A program made the position numbers and the translations under genes. Below are positions 20,558 to 30,470 of a stretch of 64,000 nt of DNA, piece by piece. Below the pieces are notes generated by a model. The model saw only the letters and a program-made list of their open reading frames with translations, was not told the DNA's origin and ran no database searches. How positions within the stretch are numbered: the stretch's first letter is position 1; each line of letters begins with the position of its first letter. Source of the DNA: an uncultured Verrucomicrobiae bacterium (GTDB taxonomy: Bacteria > Verrucomicrobiota > Verrucomicrobiia > Chthoniobacterales > UBA10450); the NCBI GenBank assembly GCA_963772365.1, contig CAVYXA010000001.1, forward strand, positions 1,120,001 to 1,184,000, in the 5' to 3' direction.

Positions 20558-21676
20558 TCATTGCACTGCGGCCAATACGGAAGCGGGTTTTTTTAGTGAA
20601 AAAATTTTGCCAACCAGAGTGTTAATCGCCTTTTCGAGAATGATTCCCCAAAGACTGAGCACGGCCAGGACTCCGATTGCAATCAAGAGAAATGCCCAGA
20701 TCGGTACGGCGCGAATCCGGAGTCCGAGCCAGATGACGTACGGCTGATGGATCAGGTAAAGGCCGTAGGAATAAACGCCGACGACTCCGAAAATCTTCGC
20801 CGGCCATTTCATGAGCGTAATGGTCCCTGCGATACCGACGATCACCAGTCCGCAGCAAACGCCGGTGGCTAGATCGACAAACACGTAAGTGAAATTGTCG
20901 TGATAGAGCAAGAGCGCCGCGGGATAAAGAAGAAAGCCGGTAATGAATCCGGGACCGCGAAGAAGGAACGGTTCCACGCGTTGGCTCGACCGTGCATGCC
21001 ACATGGCCAGTGACATTCCCAGCGCAAACTCAGGCAATCGGCAAATAGCGAAACCGCCCAGCACCCAATGCGCGCTCTGCACCCACACCATGAGCAGGAT
21101 GTAGCGCGCGAAGAATCCGAAGCCGCAGGCGATGATCAGGAATTTCCACGGACCGAGCCGGCGCGCGGCCAAAAAGAGGAGAGGAAAAATCAGATAGAGC
21201 TGGATCAACATCGAGAAGTACCACCAGGCGGCGTTTAGGTACATGAAATTGGTGTCGATGTTGATGAAACGCAGTCCGAGCAGGCTCAGGATGATCCGGC
21301 CATCGACCGGTTCGAGCCGCGCCACGAATGGCGACACCAGATAAACCAGATGCGCCACCCAATACATCGGATAAAGCCGGAGAAATCGTGTCCGATACCA
21401 TTCGCCCCAGGCCAGTCCGCCGGAATCGGCTCGGCGCGCCGTCGATTGCATCAGGGTCCATCCGCTCAGGATGATAAAGACACTCACCGCATGGAAGCCG
21501 AGCCCGGAAACATGCAGCCAGCTCGATCGCAGGATCGACATCGCAGCCGCGACGGCATTGCTCCAATCCGGCGGTGGGACTTGGCCGTGCTCGAAGTATG
21601 TTTTTAAAAAATGAAAGTAAGCGACGAACAGAATCGCCAGCCCTTTCGAGATATCGATCCAGACGAGCCGTTTCAT
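20558..21676 (-). CDS. Acyltransferase-3 family (OafA-like) membrane O-acyltransferase
   Basis: WIDISKGLAILFV, VSVFIILSG, RFLRLYPMYW, WWYFS...QLYLIFP, SYGLYLIH. Confidence 0.92.
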   Translation of the reverse strand: MKRLVWIDISKGLAILFVAYFHFLKTYFEHGQVPPPDWSNAVAAAMSILRSSWLHVSGLGFHAVSVFIILSGWTLMQSTARRADSGGLAWGEWYRTRFLRLYPMYWVAHLVYLVSPFVARLEPVDGRIILSLLGLRFINIDTNFMYLNAAWWYFSMLIQLYLIFPLLFLAARRLGPWKFLIIACGFGFFARYILLMVWVQSAHWVLGGFAICRLPEFALGMSLAMWHARSSQRVEPFLLRGPGFITGFLLYPAALLLYHDNFTYVFVDLATGVCCGLVIVGIAGTITLMKWPAKIFGVVGVYSYGLYLIHQPYVIWLGLRIRAVPIWAFLLIAIGVLAVLSLWGIILEKAINTLVGKIFSLKKPASVLAAVQ

Positions 21677-21900
21677 TTCGATGGGCTTACCAGCGCAGAG
21701 CGGCTTCGGTCAAGACGTGCGGAAGCAGGAGGAAGAGTGACGAGTGACGAGTGACGGGTGACGGGCTGACGAGTTACGGGTGATGAGCCAAGGAGAATGG
21801 CGAACGAAAACTGGAGACAGATGACGGAGGACGGAATGAAAGAGGCCGAAGGACAAAAAACTAAAGCTTCCGAGCTCTTCTCCGACGATATTCATTTGGA

Positions 21901-22053
21901 ATGAATTGGATTCTACTTGGGGTCGGGATCGCGCTGTTTGTGATGTGGTTTGTTTTCCACATTTTCTTCGCGGTTTCCGTCGGGGTTTTGAATCTGCTTT
22001 GGATGCTCGCCATTCTGATGGCCGTGCTTTGGGCCGTGCAATGGACTATTTGA
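21901..22053 (+). CDS. Small (50 aa) two-TM membrane protein, below the ORF-track cutoff
   Basis: Manual translation MNWILLGVGIALFVMWFVFHIFFAVSVGVLNLLWMLAILMAVLWAVQWTI*. Confidence 0.65.
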   Translation: MNWILLGVGIALFVMWFVFHIFFAVSVGVLNLLWMLAILMAVLWAVQWTI

Positions 22054-22301
22054 TTTTCTCGCACCCGGCAGCGCGGACGAGCAGTGACCAGCCTTCACCA
22101 CGTTATGGCTCGGCATGCGAGAGGGCGGCTAAGCGCCGATTGAAACACGAAGTCATGGCGTGAGCAAACGCCCGCGGTGTTCACACCAGCTGAACAACCC
22201 TCTTTGGCTCGCCCGGAGCTAAAAACTCTCAACCGTTTAGTCTTTCGTCTCCTGCTTTCCTCGTCCATTATCGATTAGCCGGGGACGAATAAGCCCAACC
22301 A

Positions 22302-24092
22302 ATGAATCAGAAGTTCTCTGCGATTGTAGCATTTTGGGGCTTGTTCTGCCTTAGCGCTGTGCCCTTGTTCGCAAATGGAAGATCGAGCGCGGGTGATCTC
22401 GTTTCTGGCCCGGACATAATCGTGGGAGAGGTCACAGCCGTGAGCCAACGGGGAAGCAGCGGGACCCAGGTCGGTCTGGCGATCGGCATCGCGGCGTGCA
22501 ACAACGGAACCGCAGACTTGGATTTCTTTCACTTGCCGAATCCGGATCACCCCGTGTTGGCGCAGAATCTTTATCGAATGAGCGGAGGCGGGACTAACGA
22601 CGAGCGGTTCGAGCAAGTGGGCCAGTCCTGGCTGAAGCACATGTATTTTGCGCTCGAGCAAAACGGGTGCGGCTTTGGTTGTTCGCCATACGGCGACGGG
22701 ACCCGCTTGGGACCAGGCTGCTCCGATCCCGAAAGTGCGGCTTCGAATGGTGATCAAAACAATCTGGGATCGCGGGCTTGGGTGAATCCGTTTACCGGAG
22801 TTTTTCCCGCAAATCCGAATCCGGACAATCACGCAGGCCATACCCACACCGGCGTTACCCACCGCGTGTTAGTGGAAGACAACGATCTCGAGCCGGCGCT
22901 TAACGAGGGCGCGACTTATTATGCCGAGGCTCAATGCATCACTCCGCACGAGTATGCCTGGTGTCAGACGCATCCCGGGCAGTGCAATATGTTTAATAAT
23001 GTGTCCTATCGCCAGTTCAACGTGACCGGGACAACGAACTACGTTTTCGCGGCGATTGGATCGACGGTGCGGAGCACGGCGGCGATCACGGCCTGGACCG
23101 GCGCGACGATCAACGCGATCGAACCGGCGCCTGGAATCGATGGCCGGACGTTGATTGGCTACAAGGTGACGAACCCATCTGCCGGCGTTTGGCATTATGA
23201 GTACGCGATTTATAACGAGAATCTCGATCGCGCGATTCAATCGTTCCGTGTGCCCATGGGATGCGGCATCACGATCAGCAACATTGTTTTTCACGCGCCC
23301 TTGAATCATCCCGGGATTGCCAACGACGGAACCGTGGGTGACGCAGGATTCAGCAACGTGCCATGGACCTCGAATCAGACCGCGGATGCGCTGACTTGGA
23401 ACACGGAGACGTTTGCCCAAAATCAGAACGCGAACGCGATCCGGTTTGGCACCCTGTATAATTTCCGATTCGACGCCGATCGCCCGCCGCACGCGGCCAA
23501 TGCGACGATCGGCTTCTTCAAAACGGGCAGCCCGATCACCGTCGCAATTGCCGCGCCTACGCCGGATACATGCGTGCCATTGCAGTTGCTGTCGGCGGTT
23601 TCGCGCAAGACGCACGGAGCCGCGGGCGATTTCGATGTCGATCTACCGCTCACCGGTGAACCCGGCGTGGAATGCCGGAACGGCGGCGGCGATTACACCA
23701 TGGTGGTCATGTTCAATAACATGGTGGTCAGCGGGAACGCGACCGTGACCAGCGGCACGGGCAACGTGGCGGGTAGTCCCGGCTTCAGTGGCAACACAAT
23801 GACAGTGGAGTTAACCGGAGTCACCGACGAGCAGAGAATCGCGGTCACTTTGACTGGAGTGACGGACAATTCCGCGCAGGTCCTGCCCGATACGCCGATC
23901 AGCATGAATATGCTTATCGGCGATACTAATGGGAACAAAGCCGTAAACGCCTCCGATGTTGCTCAAACCAAGGCACGATTAGGATCGGTGGCCAGCGCCG
24001 TCACCTTCCGCGCGGACGTTAATGTTAGTGGCACGATCACCGCGTCGGATCTTGCCCAGGTAAAGGCGAGCTTGGGACATGCGGTTCCATGA
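22302..24092 (+). CDS. Secreted Cys/His-containing protein with C-terminal VSRKTHG domain and dockerin-like repeats
   Basis: Signal peptide; C-terminal GDTNGNKAVNASD...FRADVNVSGTITASD duplicated Ca-binding-like motif. Confidence 0.8.
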   Translation: MNQKFSAIVAFWGLFCLSAVPLFANGRSSAGDLVSGPDIIVGEVTAVSQRGSSGTQVGLAIGIAACNNGTADLDFFHLPNPDHPVLAQNLYRMSGGGTNDERFEQVGQSWLKHMYFALEQNGCGFGCSPYGDGTRLGPGCSDPESAASNGDQNNLGSRAWVNPFTGVFPANPNPDNHAGHTHTGVTHRVLVEDNDLEPALNEGATYYAEAQCITPHEYAWCQTHPGQCNMFNNVSYRQFNVTGTTNYVFAAIGSTVRSTAAITAWTGATINAIEPAPGIDGRTLIGYKVTNPSAGVWHYEYAIYNENLDRAIQSFRVPMGCGITISNIVFHAPLNHPGIANDGTVGDAGFSNVPWTSNQTADALTWNTETFAQNQNANAIRFGTLYNFRFDADRPPHAANATIGFFKTGSPITVAIAAPTPDTCVPLQLLSAVSRKTHGAAGDFDVDLPLTGEPGVECRNGGGDYTMVVMFNNMVVSGNATVTSGTGNVAGSPGFSGNTMTVELTGVTDEQRIAVTLTGVTDNSAQVLPDTPISMNMLIGDTNGNKAVNASDVAQTKARLGSVASAVTFRADVNVSGTITASDLAQVKASLGHAVP

Positions 24093-24263
24093 CTAGGGAC
24101 GAGTGATATTGACCATGGTGGGTCGAGCAGTCCTTTGCTCGATGCTATCAATTGCGGCCAGCGGCCGTCTGACATTTTAGCATCGACCGACCCGTTCGAC
24201 TTCGCTCAAGGCAGGCTGAACGGAAGAAGCGGCTTCACGCCGAACGAAAGACGAAGATAGAAC

Positions 24264-25583
24264 GTGGACAGACCCGCCCGCGAATCACACTGGCTGAACA
24301 ACCGGCTTTGGCGGCTCGCTATCGACGAATGGATCGCGCTGACAATTTTGTTCCTGGCCATAGTCCTGATTTTCTGTCTCTTCTTCATTCGCCGGCATTC
24401 ACTCCCTTATCATTTCGAACACACGTTTGGGGTAAGCGACCCGGAATTCATTGGCTCGGCTCTCGGACTGGCCGATCCCGTCCTGATATCAGGCAACAAG
24501 ATCGATTTGCTGCAAAATGGAGACGAATATTTTCCAGCGATGCTGAAAGCGATCAGCAGCGCGAGGGCGACGATCAACTTCGAATCCTACATTCTCTATT
24601 CTGACCCAATCGGCGAACAGTTTCGTGATGCCCTGTGCGAACGGGCACGGGCCGGTACGGAAGTGCGGGTAATTCTCGATGGCATCGGGTCCGGATGGCG
24701 ACTGAACAATTCGGATGTAAAAATGATGCGTGAAGCCGGGTGCAAGTTTGCCTATTATCACCCGACGCATTCCTGGCGAGTCGATCGCACCAATCGGCGT
24801 TCGCACCGCCGTATTCTCGTTGTCGATGGTAAAATTGGGTTCACCGGTTCTGCCGGATTCGCCGAGAACTGGTCCGGTCATGCCCAGGATAAGGACCATT
24901 GGCGGGATGTGCAGGTGCGGATCGAAGGACCGCTGGTCGAGAAATTACAAGCGGTGTTTCAAGAACATTGGGTGAAAACTTTCGGCGAAGCGCTTAGCGG
25001 CGCGGGGCAGTTTCCTCCGCTTAATTCGGCGGGCGACTTGAAAGCGCAACTGGTGGCGTCCCATTCTTTTTCGGTCGCACCGGTGCCGCTTCTCCAAGCC
25101 GTCGCTTTCACAGCCGCAACGAGGCGGATCTGGATTACGAACGCCTATTGCACGCCGACCAGCGACCAGGTCGAACAACTCACCAAAGCAGTAAAGCGAC
25201 ATGTCGATGTTCGCCTGCTTTTGCCCGGACCGAACAACGACCAACCACTCACGAAATCAGCCGGGCGCGGTGCCTACGGCAAAATGCTGGCGGGTGGAGT
25301 GAAAATTTTCGAGTACCAGCCAACCATGCTCCATGAGAAATCGATGGTGATCGACGGTTTATTTTCCATGCTCGGCTCATCCAATCTCGATGCGCGTTCG
25401 TCGGAAATTAACGAGGAGCTCGATGTGGTCGTTTACGATCAGAACTTCGGGCAAAAGATGGAATCGGTCTTCCAAAAAGACCTGGCCCGTGCGCGGCCAT
25501 ACACGCTGGAGGATTTCAAAAAGCGTTCGCTCTGGGAGCGTGTCTCGGAATGGCTCGCGGCACCACTGCGTTCGCAGTTTTAA
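24264..25583 (+). CDS. cls: Cardiolipin synthase (phospholipase D family)
   Basis: RSHRRILVVDG and MLHEKSMVIDG PLD-type motifs, GSSNLD, LLQNGDEYFP. Confidence 0.88.
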   Translation: MDRPARESHWLNNRLWRLAIDEWIALTILFLAIVLIFCLFFIRRHSLPYHFEHTFGVSDPEFIGSALGLADPVLISGNKIDLLQNGDEYFPAMLKAISSARATINFESYILYSDPIGEQFRDALCERARAGTEVRVILDGIGSGWRLNNSDVKMMREAGCKFAYYHPTHSWRVDRTNRRSHRRILVVDGKIGFTGSAGFAENWSGHAQDKDHWRDVQVRIEGPLVEKLQAVFQEHWVKTFGEALSGAGQFPPLNSAGDLKAQLVASHSFSVAPVPLLQAVAFTAATRRIWITNAYCTPTSDQVEQLTKAVKRHVDVRLLLPGPNNDQPLTKSAGRGAYGKMLAGGVKIFEYQPTMLHEKSMVIDGLFSMLGSSNLDARSSEINEELDVVVYDQNFGQKMESVFQKDLARARPYTLEDFKKRSLWERVSEWLAAPLRSQF

Positions 25584-25593
25584 AAAAAATTGA

Positions 25594-25835
25594 CGGCGTT
25601 GATAGGGTGAAATTCTGAGGCTAATATTTCGTTCCGTCGCCAGATAGCCAAACGAAACCAACGAGTCTAATAATGATTAAGTAGCGACAATGTAGTTTCA
25701 CCTTAAGGAAAGGTTTGCTCGATTTTGCGATTCTTGTCGAGCGTTACGGTCAGCGGCTATCATTCGTTTGCAGTTCGTTTCCAGGCCAGCATCATGCCGT
25801 CGCGCACGGTCAGGCAAATGTTCTCAACGCGAGGA
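25594..25835. repeat. Composite direct repeat: copy of ~26867-26924 fused to a copy of ~27506-27688
   Basis: Near-identical strings, e.g. AATATTTCGTTCCGTCGCCAGATAGCCAA and GATTAAGTAGCGACAATGTAGTTTCACCTTAAGGAAAGGTTTGCTCG. Confidence 0.9.
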
Positions 25836-26407
25836 TCGGATTGCACGAGGTTGTCGAAAGCAACGATGCTCCGGGTGTCAATATCTGAGGGAGCGATGAC
25901 TTTGCCGCTCCACAAAACATTGTCCCCCACAATCAAGCCGCCGGGTTTCACCAGGGGAAAACAAACTTCGTAATAATTTGAATAGTTGCCCTTGTCGGCA
26001 TCAATAAAGATCAACTCCAGCGGACCGGACAATGTCTTGATCGTGTTCATAGCCGGTCCCATGCGGATGTCGATCTTGTGCCCATGCGGACTCTCCGCGA
26101 AATATTTTCGCGCGATCGCTTCCGCTTTCGGATCGACTTCGCACGTGATGAGACGGCCGTCATTCGGCAGGGCTTCGGCCATCATTAGCGTGCTGTAACC
26201 GGTGAACATTCCGATCTCCAAAATATTTCGAGCGCCGATCAGTCGGACCAGCATTTGCAGGAAACGTCCTTCTATCAGGCCAACCTGCATCTCGGGCGAT
26301 TGCATTGTGCGATACGTCTCCTCGCGGAGCCGGGCATATAAATCCGTCTCAGGCTCTGTGTGATCCTGGGCGAACTGCTCGACTGCGGTATCAATGAAGC
26401 GAATCAT
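25760..26407 (-). CDS. Class I SAM-dependent O-methyltransferase (CCoAOMT/methyltransf_3 type)
   Basis: ILEIGMFTGYSTL, IFIDADK.NY, GGLIVGDNVLWSG, VRDG. Confidence 0.93.
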   Translation of the reverse strand: MIRFIDTAVEQFAQDHTEPETDLYARLREETYRTMQSPEMQVGLIEGRFLQMLVRLIGARNILEIGMFTGYSTLMMAEALPNDGRLITCEVDPKAEAIARKYFAESPHGHKIDIRMGPAMNTIKTLSGPLELIFIDADKGNYSNYYEVCFPLVKPGGLIVGDNVLWSGKVIAPSDIDTRSIVAFDNLVQSDPRVENICLTVRDGMMLAWKRTANE

Positions 26408-26943
26408 GAAAAACGGCGGCCATTTGAATGTGTTACGCCGCCATTCGTGAAGTCTCGGTACGCTGATTTTGTTTGCCGGCCATGACAACCCTTTTGAATC
26501 GCTCACAACTAATGTGGGAAACAACCTCGGGAAGGCAACTGGCCAAAACCGAGTTGCTAGTTAGCGGACGCTGAGGGGTAGAAGGATCGAAACGTGAAAT
26601 GCTTACGGCCGGATCCAGTCTGAAATACGAAATCCGACAAAACGGGGGAGCGTTGTTATGATCGAACCAACCATAACTCAAAACGGGGCGCTCTATCTTG
26701 CGCAACACAAGGTTCCAACCAGACGTGGCGGAAGATGGCGGTCTTTTGGAAAGCCGGTACGTAGCCAAAACGTCCTTCAAATCCCGCCTTCGAGCATACT
26801 CTTTCTTTACCCGCGCTTGCCGCATCTACACAGCCGCTGACCAGATTTTATCTGATCAGGAAAACGCGGCGTTGATGGGGTGAAATTTTGAGGCGAATAT
26901 TTCGTTCCGTCGCCAGATAGCCAACGCAAACCCGCAGGGCGTT

Positions 26944-27555
26944 TCAGCTCTTATCCTTGAATTTGTCGGTTTTGATGACGCGCGGTTTGCCGTTCGCATC
27001 AAATTCGATCGTGAATAGGTAAGTCGCTTTGATATCTGCTGATTTCGTGCCGGACCAGAACGCTTCCGCGTAAAGAACGGCAGTGCGCGAATCGATCCAG
27101 TTGCGAACTCTCAGAAGGTCGTGGTCCGCTTCCTCCTGACGATTCCGAAGGTTCTTCGGGAGTTTGTTCCCGCCGAGTTGAACCAGTTGGGCAATGTGTG
27201 GATCCGGCAATAGCTCGGGCATCTCAGTCCATTTACCGTCATGGAGCTCGAAAAACGTGACAGTCTCAAAAACGGTATGCGGCGCGTGCGGTGGCGAGTA
27301 ATTGAATGCGAACCGTTGGGAGTCCGGCGACCAAACGACGCTCGCGTTCTGGCAATAGGGAACATCGACAGCGTTCGACAGGTCGAGCGTCATCTTGCCG
27401 GCGGCGGTGCTGACGATCGATGACCACAGCCCATCTTCGCATTTGTATTCCCAATGTTTGTCCGGCGAAATCGGATCCGCCCGTATTGTGCTCACGATGA
27501 ACAGCGCGAAACCAACGAGTCCAATAACGATTAAGTAGCGACAATGTAGTTTCAC
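26944..27555 (-). CDS. Secreted hypothetical protein (beta-rich, WSPDS motif)
   Basis: Signal peptide MKLHCRYLIVIGLVGFALFIVSTIRA-D; 203-aa ORF. Confidence 0.75.
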   Translation of the reverse strand: MKLHCRYLIVIGLVGFALFIVSTIRADPISPDKHWEYKCEDGLWSSIVSTAAGKMTLDLSNAVDVPYCQNASVVWSPDSQRFAFNYSPPHAPHTVFETVTFFELHDGKWTEMPELLPDPHIAQLVQLGGNKLPKNLRNRQEEADHDLLRVRNWIDSRTAVLYAEAFWSGTKSADIKATYLFTIEFDANGKPRVIKTDKFKDKS

Positions 27556-27613
27556 CTTAAGGAAAGGTTTGCTCGATTTTGCGATTCTTGTCGAGCGTTA
27601 CGGTCAGCGGCCA

Positions 27614-27688
27614 TCATTCGTTTGCAGTTCGTTTCCAAGCCAGCATCATGCCGTCGCGCAAGGTCAGGCAGATGTTCTCGACGAGCGG
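27614..27688 (-). pseudogene. 3' remnant of the O-methyltransferase gene
   Basis: Encodes ...VENICLTLRDGMMLAWKRTANE*, almost identical to the end of 25760-26407. Confidence 0.85.
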
Positions 27689-27778
27689 GACGGACGCGTT
27701 CGGCCAAACGGCTATCGGGCCGTTAGGCGAAGAAATCGAGGATGCGTTTGGGAAACTGTCAGCTTCCCCTTACAGCGA

Positions 27779-28236
27779 CTACAGCGATGCCAGGAATGTA
27801 TCCAGGACGCGAAAAGTGTAATCGTGTCCTTCGGCCCAATCGCTTTGGCGCGGCCCGGCGACATTGAGATTGTCGATCTTGTACTCGCGGACGGAATCGC
27901 GAGTCAAAGCCGCCGCGGCGTCGATCGAATGCGCAGATGCTTCAATCAATTGAGATGGTTTTTTTAACTCCGTGCAAAATTGAAAGGTTTGTTCCGTGCC
28001 TCCGGTGAGTTGATCGCGATAGAAAAGGATCGTGCCATCGGAATCTTTCACATTTTGCAGAGTCCGTTTCCAGTAGCCGCCGTATTCCAACTCCTTCACC
28101 GGATATCGATCGGGGATTCGCCCAAACTCATCGAGACGGCGGCCGGACACCAACCGCCGCAATCAATCCCATGCTTGAGCGCGGCATCGAACGCGGCGCG
28201 ATCGACGCCGGTTTGCCCGCCGGAAATGATTTTCAT
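27779..28236 (-). CDS. Putative molybdenum-carrier / SLOG family protein; frameshift near 28140
   Basis: [31 protein letters not shown] in one frame; [34 protein letters not shown] in another. Confidence 0.85.
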
Positions 28237-28374
28237 GGTGGAACGCGATCTCCGAGCGCGTTGGTTATTTTGCTATCGTCTTTTCGCCACGGCGAATCTT
28301 CGACCGGAGAAGCCGATCCACCTGATGTCAAACGCGATTTTCGAAATCGCCGTGCGCTAAAGGTGAGAAATGTT

Positions 28375-28773
28375 TCAACCAGGGACCTGTTTAACGAACA
28401 ACGGGATCGACGCTTCGTGGCGATCGTCGATTGCCAGATCGATCGAATACTCGCCGAACTTCGGCAGCTTCAATTGGTGGATCACCAGAACCAGACTGGA
28501 AGTGATGCTCGATTCGCCCGGCGGAAATTGAATCTGCGTGTTCGCATCCAGCGTGGGCATGATCGCTTTGCCGTCCGAATCGACAAAGGAAATCCGGATC
28601 CGTTTCTGCCCTTCCTCGATTTTGTCATAGCGCAATTTGATGGCCAGGGCGCATTGCGGATGGGTCACGGGCGCTTCCTTGGCTCCGAGACGATCGAACG
28701 AGCCGAGAATGTTGAGTTTGCCACCGGCATCGGTGGTGGCGGCATCGCACAAGGTAAAAATTTCAACTTTCAT
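28375..28773 (-). CDS. Conserved hypothetical protein (DUF6941-like)
   Basis: LCDAA...GKLNILGSFD and P.FGEYSI pattern. Confidence 0.7.
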   Translation of the reverse strand: MKVEIFTLCDAATTDAGGKLNILGSFDRLGAKEAPVTHPQCALAIKLRYDKIEEGQKRIRISFVDSDGKAIMPTLDANTQIQFPPGESSITSSLVLVIHQLKLPKFGEYSIDLAIDDRHEASIPLFVKQVPG

Positions 28774-28800
28774 TGATTGATCACAACCTATCTCACAAAT

Positions 28801-28882
28801 GTCATTCTGAGCGAAGCGAAGAATCTCTGATCATTTTTCCGCAGAGGAATAGAATGAGATGTTTCGCTACGCTCAACATGAC
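28801..28882. repeat. GTCA-type REP-like doublet
   Basis: GTCATTCTGAGCGAAGCGAAGAATCT...AGATGTTTCGCTACGCTCAACATGAC. Confidence 0.85.
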
Positions 28883-28935
28883 AGGTCTGTTCAGGAGATT
28901 GTTCTAGTGAATCATAGACTCGGCAAGGAACGAAA

Positions 28936-29421
28936 TTACTCTTCGCCGTCGTAGTAATCGGTCTCTTTGGCGTTTACGATTATTTCTTCCTCCGCCTCCT
29001 TGATTACGGCGAACTTTCCGCTGTCGGGATAAAAACAAGTATCGCCGCGCGGGTTATCGGCGATCACGTAATAGACGAAATTCTCGTTCCCGGCGTTGGT
29101 GAGCTGATGGGCTTCGCCCGGTCCGAAGAAAAACGAGTCGCCCGCTTCGACTTCTGTCGTGCCGGATTTATCGCGCACCTTTCCGCGGCCGGAAACCACG
29201 AGATAAAGCTCCGTTTCAGACGAATGCGAGTGATACGGGCAATAAACTTTGCCCGCTGGAATGCGCACCAGAGCGAGATCAAACGGCTGACGTTTGGTCA
29301 AATCGAGCGAGTCCGGCTCGCGCCCGAGCGCGATGGAAATGTCCTTCACGAACTTGTGAAATTTTCCGCTGGGCGATTTCCGCTCGTTCTCCGGGATTTT
29401 TTTTATGTTCACTTTGTGCAT
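28936..29421 (-). CDS. Cupin domain protein
   Basis: CPYHSHSSETELYLVVSG...GEAHQLTN; ends DYYDGEE. Confidence 0.88.
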   Translation of the reverse strand: MHKVNIKKIPENERKSPSGKFHKFVKDISIALGREPDSLDLTKRQPFDLALVRIPAGKVYCPYHSHSSETELYLVVSGRGKVRDKSGTTEVEAGDSFFFGPGEAHQLTNAGNENFVYYVIADNPRGDTCFYPDSGKFAVIKEAEEEIIVNAKETDYYDGEE

Positions 29422-29550
29422 ACAACGAAATCTATTATCGCGGTCGGGTTGATCATGGAAGCCATTTCGTGAAGCGATCAACAACGTTCACCGAAACAAT
29501 TGGCGATTCCACAATGCGGCGCGCCAGGCGGTCGCGCCCCACCAATCGTC

Positions 29551-29805
29551 CTAATCGGAGATTGCTCGCCTTCGTCTGGCTATAGAAAAGAGAGCGATGG
29601 CGATCCAAATCATGTTCACGAAGGATGAGGGATACGCTCTGTAAAAGATCGTGTTCGCCGCCAGCAACATGCTGCCGGCGATGTTGAGAAACTGGTAAGT
29701 AATCGAGTCGCCTTCCAATTTCCTGGCGGAAACCATTGCGTAAGCGACAAGCAGAGCCGCTGCTCCGATCCATCCAATTCCATCGAACCACAAATGATTA
29801 TTCAT
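29551..29805 (-). CDS. Small membrane protein (CBU_0592-like)
   Basis: GWIGAAALLVAY...YQFLNIAGS...N.IWI.IA. Confidence 0.75.
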   Translation of the reverse strand: MNNHLWFDGIGWIGAAALLVAYAMVSARKLEGDSITYQFLNIAGSMLLAANTIFYRAYPSSFVNMIWIAIALFSIARRRRAISD

Positions 29806-29831
29806 GTTAATGCTTTGTGCTAAAAGCTTAT

Positions 29832-29915
29832 GTCATTCTGATCCCGCAGTCGCGGGAGAAGAACCTCTGATTATTTTCCGGAGAGCAATAGAATGAGATG
29901 TTTCGCTTCGCTCAA
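29832..29915. repeat. Variant GTCA-type REP-like doublet, right end truncated
   Basis: GTCATTCTGATCCCG...AGATGTTTCGCTTCGCTCAA lacking the final CATGAC. Confidence 0.75.
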
Positions 29916-30026
29916 TTCGCCGCAGCACAAATCCGCCGTGGCGACGTCACAACAATATACGCGCGACTGCCCTTTATAACTTCCACTTTCTCGGCAGTCT
30001 GCTGTTCTGATTTTTGAGGCGGAGTC

Positions 30027-30470
30027 TCATGTCGATTTAACGGGGGATACTCGGAAAGGGTTCAAGACCTTTAGTTCACCAATCGTTTGGCCATGTTGCA
30101 GATCCTCGGAATAAAGAGTGCGGCAACCGGATTGGAGAGCGGCCGCGATAATGAGCGAGTCGTAAAACGAGGAACGAACACTGGTCTGCACCTCGAGAGC
30201 CTGGCGGTAGAGCGCAATCGTGGGAAAGCTTTCGCACAGCGGTGATAAAACGGCATCGAGATAGGCGCGGCTTTCGTCGAGAGTCATGGGTCGCTCGAAC
30301 TTAGCGGTAGCAACATTGAGAAATTCCTGCACGACCTGGGCGCTAATCACCCCCAGATGATCATCAAGCGCTTTTCCGACCAGCGCCTCCGCTATCTTCT
30401 GCTTGCGACGATCACGGCGATCGAAGCAATAGACGAACACGTTTGTGTCCAGAAAATATCTAGCGGGCAT
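30027..30470 (-). CDS. PIN-domain (VapC-like) toxin
   Basis: FLDTNVFVY, QVVQEF, SFYDSLIIAAAL, LYSEDLQHG, NPF. Confidence 0.92.
   Translation of the reverse strand: MPARYFLDTNVFVYCFDRRDRRKQKIAEALVGKALDDHLGVISAQVVQEFLNVATAKFERPMTLDESRAYLDAVLSPLCESFPTIALYRQALEVQTSVRSSFYDSLIIAAALQSGCRTLYSEDLQHGQTIGELKVLNPFRVSPVKST

Noticed and set aside
26433..26860. Possible small ORFs (26658-26840 +, 26433-26825 -) or a riboswitch upstream of the O-methyltransferase
   Set aside because: No recognisable protein or RNA motif; left unannotated pending an Rfam/BLAST search
25594..27688. Near-identical repeat pairs as DGR template and variable repeats
   Set aside because: Mismatches are not confined to adenines and there is no reverse transcriptase in the window
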